NCBI RefSeq assembly: GCF_000284115.1
Contig: NC_017080.1
Coordinates: forward strand, 1,500,001 to 1,532,000
Length of the DNA: 32,000 nt
Direction: 5' to 3'
DNA from: Phycisphaera mikurensis NBRC 102666
GTDB lineage: Bacteria; Planctomycetota; Phycisphaerae; Phycisphaerales; Phycisphaeraceae
Positions within the stretch are counted from its first letter, which is position 1, and the number at the start of each line of letters is the position of its first letter. Under the pieces are notes generated by a model. It made no database searches. It was given only the letters and a program-made list of their open reading frames with translations, and had not been told where the DNA came from. The position numbers and the translations under genes are program-made. Below, one piece after another: positions 8,561 through 16,845 of this stretch.

Positions 8561-10549
8561 TCAGCGCAGCGGATCCAGCGGCCGCAGCGTTGCTTCGAGG
8601 CGGAGCGTGCCGTCGGGGGCGGCGGAAGTGGTCCAGCGGAGTCGGGTGACGCCGGGCAGCGGGGGGCCGAGCAGGCCGGCGGGCGGGGCGGCCGGCTCGG
8701 CGTGCCAGCGGCCCGCCCGGCTGGAGGTCATCTCGACGCGGAGCATCTTCCCGTCGCGGCGGAGCGTGGCGCTGTCGCCATCGACCTCCACGGCGGCCTC
8801 GGTCATGAGCGTCCAGGCGACGGGCTCCTCGCGGGCGGCGGGGGCGAGGCCGGTGAGCTCGTCGGTGACGGTCACGCCGCGGTCGGGTCCGGGATCGAAC
8901 ACGAAGCGGCGGGTGGCGGTGGCGACCGACGCGCCGAGCGGCGCGGCGAGATCGAGGGCGGCAACGCCCGGGAGGTTCTCGCCGGGCGGAGCCAGCGGCT
9001 CGACGGCGATCAGCGGAGCGAAGCCGTCCACGCGGTGGAGCGCTCCGCCGATCGTCAGCGTGTTGTGCGCCTCGTTGCGGTGGTGGTAGACCCGCCAGCG
9101 GTCGCTGCCCTGGGCCCGGTCCCAAAGGTCGATCCCCTGGCTCTCGATGCTCTCGTAGTCCACCTTCCCCGGGTCCATCGCCCAGCGGACCCCGTCGGCG
9201 TCGAGCACGAAGGAGCCGGCGTCGAGGTGGCCGTGGCTGACCGAGCCGCGGCCGCCCTTGATGGCGAGGTACATCGCACCGGGGTCGCTCCATCGCTCGC
9301 GGAAGAAGGCCACCGGGTTGGGGCCGCCGCCGGACCAGCTCCGGGGCGCGTCCTCGCCGAGGGCCGTCGGGTCCAGCCGCAACCACCACAGCGGCGTGAA
9401 GACCCGGAAGCGTCCGTCGGCGGCGGTGGCTTCCTCCCAGCCGCCCGCCCGCCAGGCCGCGAGCCACCCGGGGGCGTTTGCTTCTTCCGCCACCCAGAGG
9501 AAGGCGGGGGTGAAGCTCACGCGCTCGCGGGAATCCGAGAAGTTGAAGGATCGGCCGGTGGGGCCGCGGGCGTGGGCCATGAACCCGCCGCTGGCGAGGA
9601 AGCCCGGCTCCTGCGCGAGGCCGAGATCGGTCCCCAGCGCCGTCCGCAATGCATCGAGCAGGAGGCACTGGTACGTGGTTCCATAGCTCCAGTAGGCCGG
9701 CCCCTCGGGGTGGACGCCGTCGGGAGCCATCGCCTGCAGGGCCCGGGGGTTGTGCTCCCGCACCGCGGCCAGCAGCTCGGCGAGGGCTGCGGGGTCGTCC
9801 TCGGCGATGGCCAGCGCCGCGAGGGTCAGGCCGCCGAAGCCCACGGGGTTCCAGTTGTGGGTGGCGAGCTGCCAGTGCCAGCCGTGCCGGCTGGCGGTCC
9901 GCTGGCGGAGCGCCTTGGTCTGCAACGCTCCGCGGAGGGCGACGCGGGTGTCGTCGGACAATGTGTCGAAGAGCCAGTCGTAGCCGAGGCCCACGGCGGC
10001 GGCCATCTCGGCGGTGTCCAGGAAGTGCGTGGGGTTCCAGTCGGTGAAGCCGGCGACGGCCAGCAGCTCCTCCTCGGCGCGGCGGGCGAAGCGGCCGTCG
10101 CCGGTGGTGTGGAAGGCCAGGGCACAGGCGGTGATCCGCTCCAGCGCCTCCCGGGAGACGCGCAGCAGCCGCCTCCCGACCTGCTCCCGCTGGAGGGTGG
10201 GCTGGTCGAGGCAGGCGCGGGCGCGGGCCTCCACGTTCCGCAGCAGCGCGTCCAGCACCGCGTCGCCGGCGCGCTGCGCCCGCAGGGCCGCGAGACGCTC
10301 GGGGGTGGCGATGACCCGCGGGTGACCGGCGCGAACCTCCGGCATCGACGCCAGCGGCGGGGACGGCGGCGGCGGGCCGGGGGCGGCGGGGTCCGCGGAG
10401 GTGGGCATGGCCGGAGCAGCGAGGGTCAGGCAGAGAGTGGCGGCCACGCGCAGTCGACCGCGGCGGCGAGGAGTCAGCGCTCCCCGGGCGGCGGGCCGCG
10501 GGCCACGAGCGGGCGCCCGGTGTCGGCGGCAAGAGGCCGATTGGCGCAT
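8561..10549 (-). CDS. Heparinase II/III-family protein (polysaccharide lyase-like), secreted
   Basis: ORF track 662 aa. Motifs THNWNPVGFGGL, HPEGPAYWSYGT, SHGHLDAGSFVLDADGVRWAMDPG and HNTLTIGG are typical of the heparinase II/III / DUF4962 architecture. The Arg-rich N-terminus (PRRRGRLRVAATLCL) may be a Tat-type signal. Confidence 0.82.
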   Translation of the reverse strand: MRQSASCRRHRAPARGPRPAARGALTPRRRGRLRVAATLCLTLAAPAMPTSADPAAPGPPPPSPPLASMPEVRAGHPRVIATPERLAALRAQRAGDAVLDALLRNVEARARACLDQPTLQREQVGRRLLRVSREALERITACALAFHTTGDGRFARRAEEELLAVAGFTDWNPTHFLDTAEMAAAVGLGYDWLFDTLSDDTRVALRGALQTKALRQRTASRHGWHWQLATHNWNPVGFGGLTLAALAIAEDDPAALAELLAAVREHNPRALQAMAPDGVHPEGPAYWSYGTTYQCLLLDALRTALGTDLGLAQEPGFLASGGFMAHARGPTGRSFNFSDSRERVSFTPAFLWVAEEANAPGWLAAWRAGGWEEATAADGRFRVFTPLWWLRLDPTALGEDAPRSWSGGGPNPVAFFRERWSDPGAMYLAIKGGRGSVSHGHLDAGSFVLDADGVRWAMDPGKVDYESIESQGIDLWDRAQGSDRWRVYHHRNEAHNTLTIGGALHRVDGFAPLIAVEPLAPPGENLPGVAALDLAAPLGASVATATRRFVFDPGPDRGVTVTDELTGLAPAAREEPVAWTLMTEAAVEVDGDSATLRRDGKMLRVEMTSSRAGRWHAEPAAPPAGLLGPPLPGVTRLRWTTSAAPDGTLRLEATLRPLDPLR

Positions 10550-10684
10550 CCGCCGAGGTTAGCGGGCTTCCCCACCGAGCCGGCCCGGCCGCGCCCGCTG
10601 CGTGCGTTGAAGCGCTCGACGGAGCCGCCGAGCGAGAACCCGCCGGGAACCGAAGAAAGCGACGCGGCTCCCTGCGGCGCCGAA

Positions 10685-11004
10685 GCACGCACCGGGCCTG
10701 CCTCGCGGCGGTCTGCCAAGCCTGCGAGCGGCTGAGGGGCGAGGACGGGTTCGAGCAGACCGGGGTCTGGCTGTACCGCGGTGCCGCTCTCGCCCGCGGA
10801 GCTGCTCAGGAAGCGTCAGGCGATCTTCAAGCACGAGAGCCAGAAGGACCGGCCCCGTACCCCGGGACCGACGAGCGGGCGTTCTGGGAGCGTGCCGAGG
10901 AGCGGAACCGCAACACCGCCCGGCTCTACGACCGCCTCGGCCTCGCCGAGTACGAAGCCATCGAAGCCTTCGTGCGGTGGGCCCCCGGCGAAGAGGTCGG
11001 CTGG
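10685..11004 (+). pseudogene. Decayed duplicate of the nagB-LmbE 3' end (corresponds to 8091-8452)
   Basis: Hand alignment gives roughly 85-90% identity to 8091-8452. A 41-nt block (8188-8228) is missing, there is a 1-nt deletion near gaccgg|ccccgtacc, and the stop TGA has become TGG. ORF 10781..11206 begins MPLSPAELLRKRQAIFKHESQKDR, copying the nagB C-terminus, then frameshifts. Confidence 0.85.
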
Positions 11005-11010
11005 CCGAAG

Positions 11011-11056
11011 CCGCGGACCGCCGGCCGTTCGGGCCCCACAGGCCCGCGGTCCGCGG
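11011..11056. repeat. 46-bp palindromic element, copy B
   Basis: Both arms are exact and the interior is 26 nt with an inner stem GGGCC-ccaca-GGCCC. It sits at the end of the nagB pseudogene fragment, 152 nt upstream of the GHL10 start. Homology between the two nagB 3' copies ends just inside this element, a few nt beyond its left arm. Confidence 0.85.
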
Positions 11057-11207
11057 ATCCACGCACGAGGCGCCGCGTCGGGTTCCCCAACCGGAGTTGC
11101 CGTCCGCCGCCGCGGACCGCATCCCCCTTGCGGCCGCCCGGCGGACCCCCGTCGATGCCGGCCGCGGGAAGACCGCGATCCGCCGGCACCGCCCGGCGGT
11201 CGCTAGG

Positions 11208-12506
11208 ATGGCGAGTCTTATGCAAGACCTCCCGCTCTGCGGCTTCCTCCTCGCCTGCCTCACGCTTGGGATCGGCTCCGCCGCGGCGGCGCCCGCCGGC
11301 TCGTCCGCCGACAACCCGGCGCTGGCCGTGCGGTCGGCGGAGACCCGCCAAGACCGGGGCACGGAGGCCCCCGAGGAGTTCCGCGCCGCCTGGGTCGCGA
11401 CGGTGGCGAACATCGACTGGCCTTCCAAGCCCGGCCTCGCCACGCGGCGTCAGAAGGAGGAGCTGCTCGACCTCCTCGATGACGCCCAGGAGATCGGCCT
11501 CAACGCGCTCATCTTCCAGATCCGCCCGCACGCCGATGCGCTCTACCCCAGCGAGCTGGAGCCGTGGTCGCCGTACCTCTCGGGCACGATGGGCGAGGCG
11601 CCGCGGCCGGCGTGGGACCCGCTCGCTCTCGCGATCGAGGAGGCGCACGCCCGCGGCATCGAGCTGCACGTCTGGCTGAACCCGTACCGGGCCGGGCACC
11701 CCGACTACGAGGGCGGCTACCCCGAGAACCACGTCAGCAAGACGATGCCCGATGCGGTGCACAAGCTCGGCGACTCGGGCATGTGGTGGATCGACCCCTC
11801 CCACCCCGGGGCGAAGGCCCACACGCTCGCGGTGATCGAGGACGTGCTGACCCGCTACGACGTCGACGGGCTGCACCTCGACGACTACTTCTACCCCTAT
11901 CCCTCCTACCTGAAGGGCTTCCCGGGCGGGCAGTTCCCCGACGAGAAGAACCACGCCGCGTACCGCAAGCGCGGCGGCGAGCTCTCGCGGGACGACTGGC
12001 GGCGCGACCAGGTGAACACGCTGGTCCGCGAGATCTCCGAGCTCGTCGGGCGCGTGAAGCCCGACGCCCGCTTCGGCATCAGCCCCTTCGGGCTGCCCCG
12101 CGAGGGGAGCGTCCCGTTCATCCGAGGCTTCGACCAGTACGAGAAGCTCTACGCCGACGTGGCGCTGTGGCTCCGCGAGGGCTGGGTCGACTACCTCGCC
12201 CCGCAGCTGTACTGGCCGATCGAGAAGCCCGAGCAGTCGTTCACCGAGCTGCTCCGCTGGTGGCACGCGAACAACCCCAAGGGCAAGGACGTCTACGCCG
12301 GGCTCTACACCTCGCGCCTGCTCGGCGACGAACCGGGCTACCGCGACACCGAGATCCCGCTGCAGGTTCGCTGGAGCCGGCTGCTGACACCCGAGGGCCT
12401 CCAGCCCGGCCACATCCACTTCTCGATGACCGCGCTGCAGCAGAACCCCCGCGGGTTGGTCGAGAAGCTCCGGCCGCTGTACGACGAGCCTGCGCGGAAG
12501 GATTGA
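11208..12506 (+). CDS. Glycoside hydrolase-like family 10 (GHL10/DUF187, YngK-like) protein, secreted
   Basis: ORF 10977..12506 trimmed to ATG 11208 (MASLMQDLPLCGFLLACLTLGIGSAAAAP, a signal peptide); an alternative ATG is at 11220. Motifs AAWVATVANIDWPS, LNALIFQIRPHADALYPS, HVWLNPYR and DGLHLDDYFYP. Confidence 0.85.
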   Translation: MASLMQDLPLCGFLLACLTLGIGSAAAAPAGSSADNPALAVRSAETRQDRGTEAPEEFRAAWVATVANIDWPSKPGLATRRQKEELLDLLDDAQEIGLNALIFQIRPHADALYPSELEPWSPYLSGTMGEAPRPAWDPLALAIEEAHARGIELHVWLNPYRAGHPDYEGGYPENHVSKTMPDAVHKLGDSGMWWIDPSHPGAKAHTLAVIEDVLTRYDVDGLHLDDYFYPYPSYLKGFPGGQFPDEKNHAAYRKRGGELSRDDWRRDQVNTLVREISELVGRVKPDARFGISPFGLPREGSVPFIRGFDQYEKLYADVALWLREGWVDYLAPQLYWPIEKPEQSFTELLRWWHANNPKGKDVYAGLYTSRLLGDEPGYRDTEIPLQVRWSRLLTPEGLQPGHIHFSMTALQQNPRGLVEKLRPLYDEPARKD

Positions 12507-12508
12507 CG

Positions 12509-13204
12509 ATGCCCGACGCCCCCGCCCGCTGGTTGCTCCCGGCGCTCCTGCTCGTCGCCCCCGCCGTGCTCGCCGAGCCGGCGCCCGCGCCGTCGATCGT
12601 GATGCGGGAACGGTGGGGCGGCGAGGAGGTCGAGTACCCCGAGGCGCTCCGTCACGAGCCGGCCACGGTGCTGCTCCACCACGCGGGCGTGGCGTGGAGA
12701 GCGGGCGCCGACCCCGCCGCCTCAATGCGGGGCCTCCTCCGCTTCAGCCGCGAGGAGAAGGGCTGGCCGGACGTGCCGTACCACTTCGTGGTCGCGCCCG
12801 ATGGCCGGATCTTCGAGGGGCGGGATCTGCGGTACGCCCCGGACACGAACACGAGCTTCGACCCGACCGGGTACGTGAACGTGGAGCTGCTCGGCAACTT
12901 CGAGGAGCAACGCGTGAACGCGACGCAGCTCGACGCCGCGGTCCGCGTGGTCGCCTGGCTGGCCGACCGGCTGGAGATGCCGACCGCCGACCTCGCCACC
13001 CACGCCGGCGTCGCCCCCGGGCAGACCTCCTGCCCGGGCGCCGACTTCCTGCGCTACCTCGACGGCGGGAGCTTCCACGCCGCCGTCGACGCCGCCCGGG
13101 CGGGCGAGCCGGTGGAGATCGAGGTGCTCCCGCCGCTGCCGGACGGGCCGCAGGCCTTCGCGGAGGCGGAGGAACCGGCGGTTCCGAAGCGCAGCGCGAA
13201 TTGA
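12509..13204 (+). CDS. N-acetylmuramoyl-L-alanine amidase (Amidase_2 / PGRP-AmpD fold), secreted
   Basis: The ATG at 12509 lies 2 nt after the GHL10 stop. It has a signal peptide (WLLPALLLVAPAVLA) and motifs VLLHHAG, VPYHFVVAPDGRIFEGR, GYVNVELLGNF and QTSCPG. Confidence 0.85.
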   Translation: MPDAPARWLLPALLLVAPAVLAEPAPAPSIVMRERWGGEEVEYPEALRHEPATVLLHHAGVAWRAGADPAASMRGLLRFSREEKGWPDVPYHFVVAPDGRIFEGRDLRYAPDTNTSFDPTGYVNVELLGNFEEQRVNATQLDAAVRVVAWLADRLEMPTADLATHAGVAPGQTSCPGADFLRYLDGGSFHAAVDAARAGEPVEIEVLPPLPDGPQAFAEAEEPAVPKRSAN

Positions 13205-13279
13205 CGCTTGCCGTCGCCCGGGTCGCTCGCGACTGCTGCGCCGCTTGGCCCGCGGCGGCCTTCAGCCTGCGCGAAGCCT

Positions 13280-14074
13280 TCAGCCCGCGCGGCGGCGGCC
13301 CAGGAGGCCGAATCCGGCGAGGCCGAGGGCCAGGAGGCCGACGGGCTCGGGCACGACGTTGACCAGCGGGCCGGTGTTGTCGGCGACGACGTAAGCGAGG
13401 TTGAAGTCGCTGGTGGAGCCATCCTCGGCCCCGAGGTCGTAGAAGACGATCGAGTCGATGGTGTACGTGGTGCCGTCCAGCTCGCCGTTGCTCGCGCCGA
13501 ACAGCGGGTTCCACTGCGCGGCGTCGGCGAGGCTCCACTGGTAGAGGTGGTACTCGCCGTCGGCGATGACGTCCTGCGCCACGCTGCCCTCGGTGCCGCC
13601 GGAGCCGCCGGTCTCGTCGAGCGCGATGCGCACGCTCAGGTCCGGGGACGTCGTCTGCAGGTAGAAGCCCACGGAGCCCACGCCGCCCGCCGCGGAGACC
13701 AGGTTCGCCGCGGACGGGGCGCCGCCGTTGGCGATGTGGCGGAGCGTCCAGGCGGTGGGGACGCCGTAGTTCAGGCCGCCGCCAAAGAGGTTGTCGTCGG
13801 TGATCGACAGATTGTTCACGTAGGAGGTGCCGCCGCCGGGCGTGAAGTCCCACGGCGTCGAGCTGATCGCGGTGGTGCCGGAGACGGCGCCGCCGTTGGA
13901 GCCCGATCCCGCCGGGCCGACGCCGCTGCGGAAGATCCCGAAGCTTGGATCCACCACCTGGGTGGTCGGGTTGAACTCGGCGAAGTCCTCGATGACCACC
14001 GGGGCCGCGGTGGCCGGTGCGGCCGCGAGTGCTGCGGGCGTGGCGACACAGAAAGCGAAGCGAAAGAGAGACAT
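13280..14074 (-). CDS. PEP-CTERM sorting-domain surface protein (PC1)
   Basis: It has an N-terminal signal peptide and the C-terminal sequence VPEPVGLLALGLAGFGLLGRRRAG (PEP motif, TM helix, Arg cluster). A strong SD (GAGGAGG, complement of 14082-14088) lies 7 nt upstream of the ATG. The ~120 aa before the anchor resemble the C-terminal module of the 15262 protein. Confidence 0.85.
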   Translation of the reverse strand: MSLFRFAFCVATPAALAAAPATAAPVVIEDFAEFNPTTQVVDPSFGIFRSGVGPAGSGSNGGAVSGTTAISSTPWDFTPGGGTSYVNNLSITDDNLFGGGLNYGVPTAWTLRHIANGGAPSAANLVSAAGGVGSVGFYLQTTSPDLSVRIALDETGGSGGTEGSVAQDVIADGEYHLYQWSLADAAQWNPLFGASNGELDGTTYTIDSIVFYDLGAEDGSTSDFNLAYVVADNTGPLVNVVPEPVGLLALGLAGFGLLGRRRAG

Positions 14075-14151
14075 CCGAAAACCTCCTCGTGGGGGAGGAG
14101 CCGCAACCCGGCTCCCTGGAGTTCGCCGGCAGCGTGCGCGGCGGTGCCAAA

Positions 14152-14180
14152 ATGGTACTAGAAGATCGGGATCGGATCAA
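14152..14180 (-). promoter_or_regulatory. Candidate sigma70-type promoter for the PC1 gene
   Basis: On the minus strand the AT-rich island reads TTGATC (14180-14175), a 17-nt spacer, then TACCAT (14157-14152), about 75 nt upstream of ATG 14074. The spacer contains GATCGG-GATCGG-ATC. Confidence 0.35.
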
Positions 14181-14254
14181 GAACCTCCGTGAGCGACCCG
14201 TAAATAGGACGCGCCGCGGCCGCTCCCGTCGCATTATTGCCTGCGAAGAAGGCA

Positions 14255-14292
14255 GGGCTTGCGACGGGCTTGCGGATCTTATAGCATCATCG
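14255..14292 (+). promoter_or_regulatory. Candidate promoter/operator of the pseudopilin-SpoIID operon
   Basis: A direct repeat GGGCTTGCG occurs twice (14255-14263, 14266-14274; 11-bp period). It is followed by the AT-rich 16-mer TCTTATAGCATCATCG (14277-14292), which contains the -10-like TATAGC, 30 nt before ATG 14322. The 16-mer recurs on the other strand at 19982-19997 (15/16). Confidence 0.5.
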
Positions 14293-14321
14293 CGGTCGCC
14301 CCCCTCTCATCCCCCATCGTC

Positions 14322-15152
14322 ATGAAGCCAGCCACGCCCCTCCGCTCCGCCCCGATGGGCTTCACGCTCATCGAACTCCTCGTGGTGATCTCGATCATCG
14401 CGCTGCTCATCGGGATCCTGCTGCCGGCGCTCGGGGCGGCGCGGAGCAGCGCGAGGGACATGCAGTGCCTCAGCAACACGCGGCAGGTCGCCATCGCGGC
14501 CACCGCCTACGCCACCGACAACAAGGACTACAGCGTCCGCGCGACTTCGAACGGCGCCTTCACCGCGGACAACATCACCGAGTACTGGTCCGGCAAGCTG
14601 GTGATCGGTGAGTACGGCGCGACCGTCGAGATGTACCAGTGTCCGGTCTTCGAGCCGGACCCCAGCTTCACGTTCGACCCCTACGACGGGTCGGCGCTGG
14701 GGGCGATGCTGGCCAACCCCGGCCACATCAACTGGCGGATGATCGACTACGGCACCAATTGGTACACGGTCTCGGGTCGACGGAGCTACGCGCGCCCCGG
14801 GGAGACGGGCCAGCAGGCCGCCGCCCGCAGCATCCAGACCTACAACCTCGCCGACGCGAGCAACACGATTTTCGTGGCGGATTCCTGGTACGAGGCCTTC
14901 GCCGGCGCAGCCAACCAGCGCGGGATCTACGTGATCGGCGGCATCCCCACCAACGGTGGCGGCGTGCACGCGCGGCACGGGAACCAGACGATCAACATCG
15001 GGTACATGGACGGCCACGCCTCCGCCTTCGGCGTCGAGGACATCCGCTTCAACCAGCCCGGCGGTCCTTGGGACCCCGACAACCTCGGAGCCCTCTACAT
15101 CCCCGCGACGAGCGCCGCGACCACGCCCCAGAACCAGTGGGACGAGGAATAG
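14322..15152 (+). CDS. Prepilin-type N-terminal cleavage/methylation-domain protein (planctomycete DUF1559-like pseudopilin), copy 1
   Basis: ORF 14259..15152 trimmed to ATG 14322. The N-terminus is [31 protein letters not shown]-terminal [18 protein letters not shown] segment matches the H-x9-DG-type motif. Confidence 0.9.
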   Translation: MKPATPLRSAPMGFTLIELLVVISIIALLIGILLPALGAARSSARDMQCLSNTRQVAIAATAYATDNKDYSVRATSNGAFTADNITEYWSGKLVIGEYGATVEMYQCPVFEPDPSFTFDPYDGSALGAMLANPGHINWRMIDYGTNWYTVSGRRSYARPGETGQQAAARSIQTYNLADASNTIFVADSWYEAFAGAANQRGIYVIGGIPTNGGGVHARHGNQTINIGYMDGHASAFGVEDIRFNQPGGPWDPDNLGALYIPATSAATTPQNQWDEE

Positions 15153-15162
15153 GCGGATGCTC

Positions 15163-15208
15163 CCGCGGACCATGATGCGCGGGCGGCCCCGAGCCGCACG
15201 ATCCGCGG
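15163..15208. repeat. 46-bp palindromic element, degenerate copy J
   Basis: Arms CCGCGGACCA (15163-15172) and CGATCCGCGG (15199-15208) each match 9/10, and the interior is exactly 26 nt. It is intercistronic, between stop 15152 and start 15262. Confidence 0.5.
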
Positions 15209-15261
15209 CTGCAAGGCCTTTCCGCCGCCGCGGTTGAACCCCAGCCCCCACACACCCGACC

Positions 15262-16731
15262 ATGTTCTCGCGATCCGCCTCCCCGACGCCGCTGATCCTC
15301 GGCCTCGTGTGCCTCGCCTCCGCTTCCGCCGCCGCGGTCGAAGCCGTCGAGTCCGTCACCATCCGCGACGACAACGGCAACGGGTCGTTCTTCTCGGTCG
15401 ACTTCGAGAACAACTACCTCCCCAACGTGGTGCTCCGCGAGAACGGGGCGGCTTCCTTCGAGGCGCTCAAGGCGCAGGCGGTCGCGGCCCGGACCTTCGC
15501 GTACTACAAGCTGGAGACCGGGAGTTCCTTCATCCGCAACAGCCAGGCGGACCAGGTCTACAGCCTCGGCGGTGCGCGGAGCAACCCCGGCGGGCGGTGG
15601 GACGCGGCCGTGGCCGAAACCGAGGGCGAGTTCCTCAGCTTCGACGGGATCACCACCGCGAGCTTCTACGTGGCGGGGGCGATCCCCTCCTCGCCGACCG
15701 GCTTCGCGAGCCCCTCCGACCCCGACCCGACGAACACGCAGCGGTTCGTGACCTACCCGCGCGCCGACAACCTCGCCGGCCCGAACAACCGGGGGTCGAG
15801 CCTGGGCTTCCGCGGCACGGTCAGCAATCCCAACTACCCCAACCGCGGGGCGATGAGCCAGAACGGGGCGGACGTGCTCTCCGACGAGGGGGTGCACTAC
15901 GCGGACATCCTCAAGACCTTCTACGGCGGCGACATCCAGCTGGGCGTGGCGAGCCAGACCCGCGGGCAGACGCCCTTCGGCGAGAAGAAGCTGGCGACCT
16001 TCGAGCGCAACGACGAGACCTTCGTCCGCCCGCTCACCTTCGCGGGCCAGGCCCGCAACCTCGGGGGCGGCACCTCCGTCGCCCGCACCGCCGCGCGGGC
16101 GACGACCCCCGGGGGGATCTCCCAGGAGCTGGTGATCGACTACGACCCGGTGGCGGACGCGGCCGACGGCGGCGTGGACGGGTTCTTCGTCCGTCACCTC
16201 TCGGGCGCGTCGCTGAGCCAGCGGCTGACGGCGCTGACCAGCGGGACGGTCATCAACCCCGCGGCGGACCCGGTGGGCAACGTGATCCTGCCCACCACCG
16301 GCACGATCGGCTTCTCGCTGCTGGCGGAGCCGGACCCCGCCGCCCTCCCGGGGGCGGCGGCGGGCTTGGAGGTCGCCCTCGCGATCGACGACTTCGGCGA
16401 CGACTCGATCCTGGGCTCGACCACGGAGCAGTCGTTCTTCCAGCCGGTGGTCGCCGACGGGACCTGGCGCCGCTACGAGTGGTCGCTCGAAGACGCGGCC
16501 TTCGCCTCCGCCTTCGGGGCGGCCGGCGACGGGGTGCTGGGCTCCCGCTTCACGCTCGACTCGATCCTCCTCCGCGGCTTCGGCGACGCGACGGTGTACC
16601 TCGACGACGTGTTCTTCGACGCCACGGGCGTGGTCATCCCCGAGCCGACGGCGCTGGTGGCGCTCCTGCTGGCGGGCGCGGCGGCGGGGTCCCGCCGGCG
16701 GCGGAGGGGCTTGATCTCCCCGGCGGGGTGA
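15262..16731 (+). CDS. SpoIID/LytB-domain protein (peptidoglycan lytic transglycosylase-like) with C-terminal PEP-CTERM anchor
   Basis: Signal peptide, then the SpoIID hallmark NNYLPNVVLRENGAASFEALKAQAVAARTFAYYKL. The C-terminus is VIPEPTALVALLLAGAAAGSRRRRRG (PEP-CTERM). Confidence 0.82.
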   Translation: MFSRSASPTPLILGLVCLASASAAAVEAVESVTIRDDNGNGSFFSVDFENNYLPNVVLRENGAASFEALKAQAVAARTFAYYKLETGSSFIRNSQADQVYSLGGARSNPGGRWDAAVAETEGEFLSFDGITTASFYVAGAIPSSPTGFASPSDPDPTNTQRFVTYPRADNLAGPNNRGSSLGFRGTVSNPNYPNRGAMSQNGADVLSDEGVHYADILKTFYGGDIQLGVASQTRGQTPFGEKKLATFERNDETFVRPLTFAGQARNLGGGTSVARTAARATTPGGISQELVIDYDPVADAADGGVDGFFVRHLSGASLSQRLTALTSGTVINPAADPVGNVILPTTGTIGFSLLAEPDPAALPGAAAGLEVALAIDDFGDDSILGSTTEQSFFQPVVADGTWRRYEWSLEDAAFASAFGAAGDGVLGSRFTLDSILLRGFGDATVYLDDVFFDATGVVIPEPTALVALLLAGAAAGSRRRRRGLISPAG

Positions 16732-16845
16732 ACCCCGGCGGGACCCCACGCGGACGTGGATGCCGGGCCATCGCCCGCTCCTCCGCGCGACCCGGGCGGT
16801 GGCACCCGGCTCGGAAAGCTTCCCTCCTCCCGCGCACGCACGCGC

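Noticed and set aside
10781-11206. A 141-aa ORF beginning MPLSPAELLRKRQAIFKHESQKDR
   Set aside because: It is the frameshifted remnant of the duplicated nagB 3' end, not an independent gene. After 24 residues the translation becomes low-complexity.
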